From: a virus
Taxonomy: Duplodnaviria; Heunggongvirae; Uroviricota; Caudoviricetes
Direction: 5' to 3' (one strand)
Length of the DNA stretch: 50,722 bases
Virus record (IMG/VR): IMGVR_UViG_3300031992_004563
Coordinates: 329,798-380,519 of that record
Part shown: positions 33,361 through 43,451 of the stretch, one piece after another
Numbering within the stretch: position 1 is the stretch's first letter
Layout: every line of letters begins with the position of its first letter
Notes under the pieces: model-generated
Seen by the model: the letters and a program-made list of their open reading frames with translations, nothing else
What the model was told of the DNA's origin: nothing
Database searches by the model: none
Program-made: the position numbers and the translations under genes

Positions 33361-34083
33361 TTAATTTCTATTAAATTTAGGTCTACAAAATATTGGGAAT
33401 TTTGAAATATTATCTGCAAATCCTCTATAAAATTCAACGCTTGATACATCCCAATTGGAAATATCATGTGACATATTAGATTCACAAAACATGTATTCCA
33501 TATCTTTAACACCTGAAACATCCCACTATGATAAATCCTAATTAAAGCTATGGCATTTATAAAACATATATGACATATTTTTTACAGATGAAACATTCCA
33601 TTTTGAAATATCACAATTAAATCCAATGCAATTTGAAAACATACCTTTCATTGTTTCAACATGAGATACGTCCCATCTAGAAACATCAAAGTTAGTTGTT
33701 ATATTCATACGATAAAATAATTCTGACATATCAGTTATATTAGATACATCAATCCAATTTAAATCTGCATTTGCATCTATTGTTGCAATATATGTAATAA
33801 CTTTTTTTAAAACATCTTTATTTGAAAATTGGTATTGAAATCCATATTTATTTGATAACTGTGCTAAATCTATTAAATCATTTTTTGTTAATTTAACTTC
33901 AAATAAATGTTTAATAGTATTATCAAATTTATCTTTTTCTATTTTATTTTTAATAACATCCTTTACATCGATGATATCACTCTATTGAGATATAGATTTA
34001 TTATCTTCCATATCTTCATAATCATCAAGTGCCAACTAGATACCTCTATTGACAGCTTCTAATATTTGTTTATTAATATCCAT
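33361..34083 (-). CDS. Leader + DUF285/BspA-like repeat protein, 240 aa
   Basis: MDINKQILEAVNRGI*LALDD; ADLNWIDVSNITDM; repeats FNxDISxWDVSxVxxMxxMF with TAG at the FNQD position. Confidence 0.85.
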
Positions 34084-34918
34084 GATCTCTTACTATTGAT
34101 GGTATATATTTCTTTTTTATATTACAATCATCAAACATTCCTGATGTTCTTGCTTTCAAATCTATATTCCAATTTGAAATATCCTAATTAAAACTATGTG
34201 CATCTCTAAACATGCAATTAAAATTATTAACTCCTGATACATCCCATTCTGAAATATCTTGATTAAATTGAGTATTATATTCAAACATATATCCCATATT
34301 CAATACATTGCTGACATTCCAATTTTTTATAGAGTCATTGTTAAAAAATGATTCTGCGAACATTGAAAACATATTAGAAACTTTAGAAACATCCCATTTA
34401 GAAAGATCACCATTAAATCTGCAATCTCTAAACATTCCTTCCATTGTTCTTACACTTGATACATCCCATTCTGAAATGTCTCCATTAAAATTAGGTGCAT
34501 AATTTTTGAATAAATTACTCATATCAATAAGATTAGATACGTCTAACCAATTTAAATCAGCATTATTATCTATTTTACATAAAAATTTAATTACATTACA
34601 TAATGTTTCTTTTGCAGTAATTGGATATTTATACCCAAACATTTTAGATAAAGATGCCAATTCACTTAATAATTCTTTAGTTAATCCTCCATATAATTTA
34701 TCAGATATTCTATTATTTAATTCTATACTATCATGATATCCAACATAAAACATTTTTAATAATTTTTTATGTCTAATTTTATCTGCAATACAATCTCTAT
34801 TAATTGTAATAATATCATTAGTTGGTTTTGATTCTTCATTATCATTAAAATCAAAATCATCTAACGCCAACTAAATTCCTCTATTGACAGCTTCTAATAT
34901 TTGTTTAGTTAATCTCAT
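34073..34918 (-). CDS. Leader + DUF285/BspA-like repeat protein, 281 aa
   Basis: MRLTKQILEAVNRGI*LALDD; five to six WDVS-type repeats; both FNQDIS (CAA) and FN*DIS (TAG) occur. Confidence 0.87.
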
Positions 34919-34929
34919 TAAATTTAATT

Positions 34930-35691
34930 TTATGGGAATTTTGGTTTATATTCATCTTTTATTGGGCATCCATTTTCCCATATTAATTGTTTATCTACCA
35001 CATTGGCAACATTCCAATTTGATATATTCTAATTAAATTCTTTATTAGAATAAAACATCATTTTCATATCCATTACATTAGATACATCCCATCTGCTAAT
35101 GTCATTATTAAAACTTGAATATTCAAACATTTGTTCCATACTTTCAACATTAGATACATCCCAATTAGAAATATCTCCAGTAAATGGACAATCATAAAAC
35201 ATACCAAACATATTAGTTGCATTACTTACATCCCATTTTGAAATATCACCATAAAATTGTTTTTGTGCAAATAATGTTGAAAAATCAGTAATATTAGAAA
35301 CATCTATCCAATTTAAATCTGCAAAATTATCAACACCATCCACATATACACCATCCACGGGCTATTTACCAACAATGTAATCAATAATCTATTGTAATTG
35401 TTCTTTAGTTTTAACTTTATATTTTATTCCTGTATATCTTGAATATATTTTTATCCATAAAATATCAGATATTGACATTTTATTAGTCGCATCAAATTTT
35501 TTATTTTCACTGAATGCTTCTTTTTCTAATCTACTAATTAATAAATGTAATTTATGTCTAAACTCAATATATTGATGATTAACATCAATAACATCAGATT
35601 TAGGTGTTGATGATTCTATATCTTCAAAATCATCAAGTGCTAACTGGATTCCTCTATTAATAGCTTCTAATATTTTATTATTTTTCATCAT
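34930..35691 (-). CDS. Leader + DUF285/BspA-like repeat protein, about 253 aa
   Basis: MMKNNKILEAINRGIQLALDD; joins track ORFs 35389..35721 and 35029..35358 through TAG; start could be 35688, 35691 or 35721. Confidence 0.82.
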
Positions 35692-36559
35692 CCTCTTTAA
35701 TATTTTTAGGTTTATACTCATTTTTTATAGGACAATCATCAAACATATATTCGGTGTTTTCTTTATTTTTTATTTTCCAATTAGATAAATCCTAATTAAA
35801 TGATGATGCCTATAAAAACATTCCACTAAAAATCATGCCATTAGAAACATTCCATTTTGATAAATCCTAATTAAATTTAGATGCTCCCCAAAACATTGCA
35901 CCAAAATTTTTAACATTAGATACATTCCAATTTGAAATATCTGAATTGAAATTTTTGCATCTACAAAACATCTATTCCATTGTTGTTACTTTAGATACAT
36001 TCCATTTTGAAATATCTCCAGCAAATGATGCCAATATATCATTTTTTGCGACTCTTGCACCTATATCATAGAATAACATTCTCATATCAGTAATATCAGA
36101 TGTGTCTATCCAGTTCAAATCACAATCTGGACCATATTTCTTTATTGCTTCTTTTAATAGATTTTGTAAGGCTTGTTTTGATTTAACTTTTCTATAAATT
36201 GTTGTAAATAATGCAATATTTTTTTCATACTTTGCTTTTAGCTAGTCATCTAAATGACTTTCTAATTTATTATCATGCATATATCTAATAATATAATATT
36301 CCTCCATAGTCATATCTATTAATGATAAATAATGCTCAAGATTCTTATTTATAATTTTATTTGCATTTGGACTAAGAGAATTAAGATCTTTCTATTTAAT
36401 TGCCTTTATAAACTAATAATCTAATAAATCACCAGCGCCTGTATTGATAGGCAAATGACTTGTATTTGTATCTAAATCATTAATATCATCTAACGCTAGC
36501 TGAATCCCTTTATTAACCGCTTCTAATATCTATTTTGATAATTTCACAACTAAAACATA
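35678..36559 (-). CDS. Leader + DUF285/BspA-like repeat protein, about 290 aa
   Basis: (MFLV)VKLSK*ILEAVNKGIQLALDD; KYGPDCDLNWIDTSDITDM; WNVS repeats; 8 TAG; start ATG 36559 or GTG 36547; absent from the ORF track. Confidence 0.82.
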
Positions 36560-36688
36560 TATTTTTATATTTATTTTTCATAAACATATTCCTAAATTAT
36601 TATATAATTTATAGAAATAATATGCGTAAAAACTATATGACGCACATTTTTATAATATTAAATTAAAAATAACGTTAAGCTAAATTAT

Positions 36689-38224
36689 ATGATTATAAAT
36701 AAAGAACAACTTGATGTAAATGATAGTAATGGTAATCAAACTAAATTATTGGTTATTTCATATGTTAATAAGGAAGGTAAAATCTCATATCTAAAGTGGA
36801 ATATTCCTCAATCTGAAATGTATGAATGGGCTTATACAAATAGAGCAAATGCTGATAAGCCATTTGTTGCATATGATTTAAATACAAGACAACCAATTAT
36901 TGATGAAAAAACTGGTCAACAGAAAATTGTTCAATGGAAATCATATGATAATAAATTCGTTAAAAAAATTCCAACAATTAAAAATCTTTCAGAGGGTAGA
37001 TTAAATGAAATTATTAATAGTTGGGGTGTGGTTGCAGATCCTTTGTTTGAAGCAAATACACCAGAAACTTGGTTTTGTGATATTGAGGTTCAAGTTTCTC
37101 CAGAGGGATTCCCAGATCCAGATTCTGCATCAATGCCAATTAATACAATAGCAATTACTAAATTTCCAAAGACTATAGTATTTGGACGTAAGCCTCTTTC
37201 TGAAAATGAAATTAAACAAATCCAAGAAAATATCAGAACATATTCTACATTAACAAAAGATTATGAATTTGAATATAGATACTTTGAATCAGAATATGAA
37301 ATGATTGAAGCATTTATAGAATTCATTAAAGATATTCCCGCAATTACTGGATGGAACTTTTTAGGATATGACTGGAAATATATTAAAAATCGTTGTGATA
37401 ATCTTGGAATTAGAGATTTAATTAAAATTTGTCCAACAAGGTCATTTACAAAATTTAAATTAAATCGAAAAAATGTAATTGATGTTCAAGTTCCATTACA
37501 TAAAATTATTTATGACTATATGTTGGTTTATCGCCAATGGGATAGATCAATTGAAGTTAAAGAAAGTGATAAACTTGATTGGGTTGCAAATAAAGTTCTT
37601 AATATTAAAAAGGTTGAGCATGAATGGGGATTTGAGGAATTTTATAGAGACCATTATATGGAATATGTATTCTATAACTTAATTGATACTATATTGGTTG
37701 AAAAAATTGATGAAGTTCTTAAAACTGCTCAAATTTGGTATATGTTAGCAAGTGAATTAAGAGTTTCATTAAATGATGCATTTTCAACTGTACTTCCAGT
37801 AGAAGTTGTAATGACAAACTTTGTATATCCACAATATAAAGTTGTCCCAAAGAAAATACAAAATAATAATGATGAAGAATCAGGAGATTATGAAGGTGCA
37901 TTTGTTTGGCCAACTCAAGCCGGTATTTATAAGTATATTGGAGGTTTGGATTTCGCATCACTTTATCCTACAACTCAAAGACAATTTGGAATTTCTCCTG
38001 AAACATTCTTATTTAAAGACCCAACATATCAACCAAAAGCAAATGAAATTAAAACTTGTAGTGGAGCAGTATATGTAAAAAGAGAAGATGCAGTTCTTCC
38101 AGCAATTCTTACACATTACTTTGGAAAACGCAAAGGTGCGAAGAACGACCGAAAAATTGCTGACACTGATAAAGAAGTGTTATTACAAATATATGAAAAA
38201 AGATTTGGTAAATTTGAGGATTAA
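36689..38224 (+). CDS. gp43: Family B DNA polymerase, N-terminal subunit (3'-5' exonuclease plus motif A)
   Basis: ExoI CDIEV, ExoII GWNFLGYD, ExoIII YNLID, YEGAFV, motif A GLDFASLYP; ends just after the first fingers helix. Confidence 0.9.
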   Translation: MIINKEQLDVNDSNGNQTKLLVISYVNKEGKISYLKWNIPQSEMYEWAYTNRANADKPFVAYDLNTRQPIIDEKTGQQKIVQWKSYDNKFVKKIPTIKNLSEGRLNEIINSWGVVADPLFEANTPETWFCDIEVQVSPEGFPDPDSASMPINTIAITKFPKTIVFGRKPLSENEIKQIQENIRTYSTLTKDYEFEYRYFESEYEMIEAFIEFIKDIPAITGWNFLGYDWKYIKNRCDNLGIRDLIKICPTRSFTKFKLNRKNVIDVQVPLHKIIYDYMLVYRQWDRSIEVKESDKLDWVANKVLNIKKVEHEWGFEEFYRDHYMEYVFYNLIDTILVEKIDEVLKTAQIWYMLASELRVSLNDAFSTVLPVEVVMTNFVYPQYKVVPKKIQNNNDEESGDYEGAFVWPTQAGIYKYIGGLDFASLYPTTQRQFGISPETFLFKDPTYQPKANEIKTCSGAVYVKREDAVLPAILTHYFGKRKGAKNDRKIADTDKEVLLQIYEKRFGKFED

Positions 38225-38353
38225 ATGACACAACATGAATTAGAATTATATAGAAAATGTGTTAGAAAAAAGTCAAAGATAAAAACACGTTCTCAATATG
38301 AAGAATCACATGAATATGATAATAATACAAATGAAAATGATTATGACTTATGA
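38225..38353 (+). CDS. 42-aa small hypothetical protein
   Basis: ATG directly follows the pol TAA; its TGA overlaps the next ATG (ATGA). Confidence 0.45.
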   Translation: MTQHELELYRKCVRKKSKIKTRSQYEESHEYDNNTNENDYDL

Positions 38354-39108
38354 TTTTTGATTATTCAACATTTAATAATTTGGTTTTTATTGGAGATGTT
38401 CATAATAAATTTTCCAATATAGTTGAACATATGTCTGAATATTCAGATACATTGTTTATTTCAACAGGTGATATGCATCTTGGTGAAAGATCATTTGATT
38501 TTGACATCGAGAGATTAGAAAACATTGAATATAGTTTGTCCATTAATAATAATATATTAATGATAATAAGAGGAAATCATGATAATCCAAAGTACTTTAA
38601 AAAGAATTCTACATTTAGAACTTTATTAGAAGAAACCGCTCCTCACATTATATTAATTCCTGATTATTCAATTATAAAAACTTCTAAATATAATATCTTA
38701 TGTATAGGTGGTGCGCGTTCTGTTGATAGAGTTTTTGGAATAAAAGACATAACATGGTTCCAAAATGAAAATATTCAAAAACCTGATGATAATTTCTTCA
38801 ATCAAAATAATAATATAGATATTATAGTTTCTCATAGTGCACCATTATTTGCAGAACCATTAGAATTTTCAAATGAATTAAAACATTATAATTCATTTAT
38901 AATAAACGCATATTCTATATATGATGCAAAAATGAAAAATGATATTTATAAAGAGAAATTATTATTAAAAGGCGTATATGAAAAACTAAATAATAAACGA
39001 CATATTCAATATTTAGTTTATGGCCATTATCATAAACCTTTAGAAACACGATATAATAAAACAAATTGTGTAAGTTTAGGGGTTGGTGAATTTAAACAAA
39101 TAGTTTAA
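38350..39108 (+). CDS. Calcineurin-like metallophosphoesterase
   Basis: GDVH, GDM, RGNHD, SHSAP and GHYH motifs. Confidence 0.88.
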   Translation: MIFDYSTFNNLVFIGDVHNKFSNIVEHMSEYSDTLFISTGDMHLGERSFDFDIERLENIEYSLSINNNILMIIRGNHDNPKYFKKNSTFRTLLEETAPHIILIPDYSIIKTSKYNILCIGGARSVDRVFGIKDITWFQNENIQKPDDNFFNQNNNIDIIVSHSAPLFAEPLEFSNELKHYNSFIINAYSIYDAKMKNDIYKEKLLLKGVYEKLNNKRHIQYLVYGHYHKPLETRYNKTNCVSLGVGEFKQIV

Positions 39109-39148
39109 ATAGATTTAAAATATATAGAAAAATTTACAAAATATATGA

Positions 39149-39703
39149 ATGGAAACTAATAGAAAGATTCAATTTACAAAAATTAGAGATGTTAAAACTC
39201 CATCTCGTGCAAATTCTCATGATGCTGGAACCGATTTCTTTATTCCAGAATATTCTAAAGAATTTTTAGAAGATTTAAAAGCTAAAAATAAAAATAATGA
39301 ATTAGGTTATATTCTTGAAGGTGATGATGAAGAAAATCCAAATTATACTTTAAGAATTGTAATTCCTGCAGGTGAACAGATTAACATTCCATCTGGAATT
39401 AAAGTTAATATTCTTGATAAAAATACATATCTTGAGGCAAATAATAAATCTGGTATTGCATCTAAATATCATTTAATTATTGGTGCATGTGTAGTAGATG
39501 CAGATTACCAAGGAGAAGTTCACCTCAATATGTTGAATGTTGGAAATTATGAAGTTGAAATTACTTCTGGAATGAAAATTGTACAATTTATTCATAAGTA
39601 TTATATTGATACAGATTGGGAAGAAATTTCAGTTAATGAATATAATAATTTAGATAAGACATCTCGTGGAGATGGAGGCTTTGGATCAAGCGGTATAAAA
39701 TAA
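39149..39703 (+). CDS. dut: Trimeric dUTPase
   Basis: DAGTDF, KSGIA, VVDADYQGE and RGDGGFGSSG. Confidence 0.93.
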   Translation: METNRKIQFTKIRDVKTPSRANSHDAGTDFFIPEYSKEFLEDLKAKNKNNELGYILEGDDEENPNYTLRIVIPAGEQINIPSGIKVNILDKNTYLEANNKSGIASKYHLIIGACVVDADYQGEVHLNMLNVGNYEVEITSGMKIVQFIHKYYIDTDWEEISVNEYNNLDKTSRGDGGFGSSGIK

Positions 39704-39715
39704 AAATATATAATT

Positions 39716-39976
39716 ATGGAAAAGCGAGCAAATTATAAGGAAACAGGATTATGGATAATTAAAGACAATGATGGCTTATATTTATGTACAAAGAAGCCAT
39801 TTAAAAATTATTATGGCGAACATGAAGATGCATTTACATGGTGTTGTGAAGGTGATTTTATGAAAGTTGATGTATCTAGATATGGTCTTTTTAGTGATAT
39901 GAAATATTCTTCAGATCCACAAAGAATTGAAATTGTGCCAGAGTATGTGTTAAAACAAGATACTGTTGCTGAATAA
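39716..39976 (+). CDS. Hypothetical protein
   Basis: Intact ORF within the operon. Confidence 0.75.
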   Translation: MEKRANYKETGLWIIKDNDGLYLCTKKPFKNYYGEHEDAFTWCCEGDFMKVDVSRYGLFSDMKYSSDPQRIEIVPEYVLKQDTVAE

Positions 39977-39993
39977 AAATTAATTATATATTT

Positions 39994-40446
39994 ATGAAAT
40001 TTAATAATGGCAAAGAATATAATTATTTAAAAGTTCTTATTCCACTTGATGTATTTGAATATAGAGATATTACCATTGGTGTAACATATTATGAAGAAGG
40101 GATTGAAGATTTTCTTACAAAACACCAAGGTCTTCAAGAAGGAGACTATTTAAAATTAGTTATTGATCTTCAAGAAGGATATGTTTCAAATTGGCCAAAT
40201 AATTGTGCAGTTGATTTTCATGATTATAAAGTTGTTGACTGTGGAAAATATGCATTAATGGAGCATGAAGATGGTTCTGGCAATTATCTTGAATATGAAA
40301 GTTATGTTCCAAATGTTATTGGTGAAGGTGGTTGGGGAGATTATTTAGAATTTGAAATTGATGATTATTCAGATATTGTTGATTGGCCAGGATTTGATGA
40401 AACTGACTTTGAAAAATTTATGGATGAATATAATGAATGTCATTAA
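39994..40446 (+). CDS. Acidic hypothetical protein
   Basis: Intact ORF within the operon. Confidence 0.78.
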   Translation: MKFNNGKEYNYLKVLIPLDVFEYRDITIGVTYYEEGIEDFLTKHQGLQEGDYLKLVIDLQEGYVSNWPNNCAVDFHDYKVVDCGKYALMEHEDGSGNYLEYESYVPNVIGEGGWGDYLEFEIDDYSDIVDWPGFDETDFEKFMDEYNECH

Positions 40447-40475
40447 GGATTAGAAAAACTAATCCTTAATTTTTT
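40443..40475 (+). terminator. Intrinsic terminator
   Basis: TTAAGGATTAG-aaaaa-CTAATCCTTAA followed by a T-run. Confidence 0.75.
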
Positions 40476-40510
40476 CTTATAATATATATAAAAAATATGT
40501 TTTAAAATAT

Positions 40511-41791
40511 ATGGCAAAAAAGAAAGAAGTATTAAGTGAAGGTACTAGTCTTCCAAGTGTTTTTGACTTAGTTAAAAAAGTTGATGATAGTGCTGAAATT
40601 ATAGCCGAATCTGCATATAGCAACGTTAAGGAATGGATACCTACGGGTTCATATATTCTTAATGCATGTATGAGTGGAGATTTATTTAAAGCAATTCCAA
40701 CTGGTAGAGTTGTAACTCTTGAAGGTGATTCTGGCGTAGGTAAATCATTCTTAGCTTGTTCTATTTGTAGAGAAGCTCAAAAAATGGGATATACACCAAT
40801 TTATATGGATAGTGAAGGTGCTATTGATTCTGCATTTGTATCTCGTCTTGGTGTTGACCCATCTAAATTAATTATTAAACAAGTTTCTACTATTGCAGAA
40901 ACATCTCAATTTATTGCAAATATTTGTGCAAGTTTACAAGAGCAAGAAGACAAATATGGTGAACACCAAAAAGTTATCATGGTTCTCGACTCTCTTGGAA
41001 ACTTAACATCTGATAAAGAGCGTGATGATATTATGTCAGGAAACAATAAACGTGATATGACAAAAGCACAAGAAATTAAAGCATTATTCCGTGTAAATGC
41101 TACACCTCTTGCACGTTTGCAAATTCCATTGATTGTTAACAACCATGTATATGCAGCTGTAGGTGCATATGTTCCAACAAATATTGGTGCAGGTGGTTCA
41201 GGTATCAAATATAATTCATCTATTACAATTGAATTATCAGCTGCAAAACTTGATGATAAAGATAATGAAGCTGCTGCAGCTAAGAAACAAGGTGCTGATA
41301 CCACAACAAAGAATGGTGTATTAGTAACTGCTAAACCTAAAAAATCACGTATGTGTCGTCCTTATAAAGTTAAATTTCAAATCCCTTATTTTAAGAAACC
41401 AAATGCTTTTTGCGGATTAGAAACATTTATGAATTGGGAAAATGCTGGTGTTGTTAGAGGAAATATATTAGATGAAAAAACATTTAATAAATTATCTCCA
41501 TCAGAACAAGATAAATTAACACCTTATGGATTTGAATTTAATGGTGAAAAATTATGGGCAAATCCAAAAGAAACTGCAAGATCTATTGTATGTAAACATT
41601 TAGGCTGTGCGGTTCCAATTTCAGAGTTTTTTACCGAAAAAGTATTTACAGATGAATTTTTGCATTATTTAAATGATAATGTTATACACCCAATGTTTGA
41701 TTTACCAGATCAAAATTCATTTGATGATATTAAGGAAATTGAAAATTTAATTAAAGTCGGTGAAGATATACGGCCAGAGTCTGAAAATTAA
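40511..41791 (+). CDS. uvsX: UvsX/RecA-like recombinase
   Basis: IPTGSYILNACMSG, EGDSGVGKS, YMDSEGA, VLDSLGNL, NHVY and GGSGIKYNSS. Confidence 0.93.
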   Translation: MAKKKEVLSEGTSLPSVFDLVKKVDDSAEIIAESAYSNVKEWIPTGSYILNACMSGDLFKAIPTGRVVTLEGDSGVGKSFLACSICREAQKMGYTPIYMDSEGAIDSAFVSRLGVDPSKLIIKQVSTIAETSQFIANICASLQEQEDKYGEHQKVIMVLDSLGNLTSDKERDDIMSGNNKRDMTKAQEIKALFRVNATPLARLQIPLIVNNHVYAAVGAYVPTNIGAGGSGIKYNSSITIELSAAKLDDKDNEAAAAKKQGADTTTKNGVLVTAKPKKSRMCRPYKVKFQIPYFKKPNAFCGLETFMNWENAGVVRGNILDEKTFNKLSPSEQDKLTPYGFEFNGEKLWANPKETARSIVCKHLGCAVPISEFFTEKVFTDEFLHYLNDNVIHPMFDLPDQNSFDDIKEIENLIKVGEDIRPESEN

Positions 41792-41936
41792 AAAATAAAG
41801 ATAAATAATAAAAGTAGGATTTAATAATTCGCCTTACATTTATTATTTTATCTTATTTAATAAAATTTATAGTTCTTATATTGAAAGGATGAAGTAAGGC
41901 GCATCTGAGTAAATGTAAGAACTAATTTTTATTATT

Positions 41937-43088
41937 ATGACAGATTAGTTAGCTTTAGAAATTATAAAAAATGGAACACGATTATACAATAAAACAATTT
42001 CTAATAATTAGGAATTAAAAGAATATTTGGATAATAGATATTCAGATATTCCTAAAAATATGTTTTCATATAAAGAAGTTTTATATCGTATAGAACATAA
42101 TATTGAAATTCGTCCAGTATGTAGAGTATGTGGAAATCCTGTAGCATTTATTGGAGACAAACCTGGAAAATCTATTAATGGATTTAGAATGACATGTTCT
42201 CATAAATGTCACGGGCTAGATAAAATATCATTTCAAAAAATGATATTAACAAAAGATAATCGTTCAGATGAACTAAAAAGGTTAGAAAAACAAAGACGTG
42301 AGAAAACTTGTATAGAAAAATTTGGTGAAAGAAATGTATTTATTGCTAAAAAAGATAAAATTAAAGATACAATGAATCAAAAATATGGTGGATATACATT
42401 GCAATCAAATATATTAAAAGAAAAAGTAAAAAATACAAATTTAAAAAGATATGGAGTAGAAAATGTTTTTGCGGCTGAACAAATAAAAAAACAAATAAAA
42501 GATAATAATATATTAAAATATGATGTTGAGCATTTTAATAAAACAGAAATTGGAAGAAAATGTTTATCATTAATATCAAAATAGACAATAGAAAAACGAA
42601 AAATTACAAATTTAAAAAAATATGGAGTAGAAAATATTTTAAATAATCCAGAAATTGCACAAAAACGTTTAAATACATTAAGGAAAAATCATACATTTAA
42701 TACTTCGAAGATAGAACAACAATTTAAAGAATATTTAGAACAAAATTATCCAAATGATTTTGAATATCAATATAGATCAGAATTATACCCATTTAATTGT
42801 GATTTTTATATTAAATCATTAAATCTTTATATTGAAATAAATGGCTCATGGACACATGGTGGCCATGCATTTGATGAAAATAATTAGGATGATATTAATA
42901 GATTAAATGAAATGAAATCTAAAAATTCAGAATATTATTAGAATGCTATTAATACCTGGACTATTAGAGATGTAAATAAACGAAATATTGCTAAAGAAAA
43001 TAATTTAAATTATTTAGAAATATTTTCAAAAAATCCAAATGTTGTAATTAAAACTTTTGAAGACACAATTAATAAAATATATAAATAA
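41937..43088 (+). CDS. Putative free-standing homing endonuclease (Zn ribbon, KYGVEN repeats, Vsr/PD-(D/E)xK-like domain), 383 aa
   Basis: ATG 41937 to TAA 43088 through 5 TAG; CRVCG...CSHKC, repeated KYGVEN, CDFYIKSLNLYIEINGSWTHG. Confidence 0.72.
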
Positions 43089-43097
43089 AAGTTTTAT

Positions 43098-43394
43098 ATG
43101 TATAAGCTTTCATTAGATGATTTTGATGATATAATTAGTACTAATAAATGTAATAGTGATTATATTGAAAGTAATCCATATATAGAAGATCATATAAAAT
43201 TTGATAACTTAATTAACATATTGAAGACTGGAATATTATCACCAGAAGAATATGAAGAATTTATGAAGTTATCAAAAAAATATAAATTAAAAATGTCTTG
43301 TGGAAATCAAAAAAATCTAATGGAAACAATAAAATGCTATAATATATATAAAAAATAGCAAAAATATAAAAGTATGTTAGTAATCAAAAAATAA
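43098..43394 (+). CDS. 98-aa truncated paralog of the leader/DUF285 gene N-termini (possible remnant)
   Basis: MYKLSLDDFDD...SDYI...IKFDNLI...LSKKY resembles residues after LALDD in gene 33361..34083; one TAG; lacks ILEA and the repeats. Confidence 0.5.
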
Positions 43395-43426
43395 AGGAGG
43401 AATTATATTATTCCTCTTTTATTTTT
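43393..43426 (+). terminator. Intrinsic terminator
   Basis: AAAGGAGGAAT...ATTCCTCTTTT. Confidence 0.65.
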
Positions 43427-43451
43427 CAAAAATAAAATTATATTATCATTT

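Noticed and set aside
36623-36644. TGCGT/ACGCA hairpin upstream of the pol N-subunit as a gene-43-like operator
   Set aside because: Only 5 bp with a 12-nt loop and ~45 nt from the start; too weak to support
32531-36688. Intron or split-intein joining the two polymerase halves
   Set aside because: Halves are in reversed order, each ends in TAA, and neither carries split-intein termini at the break
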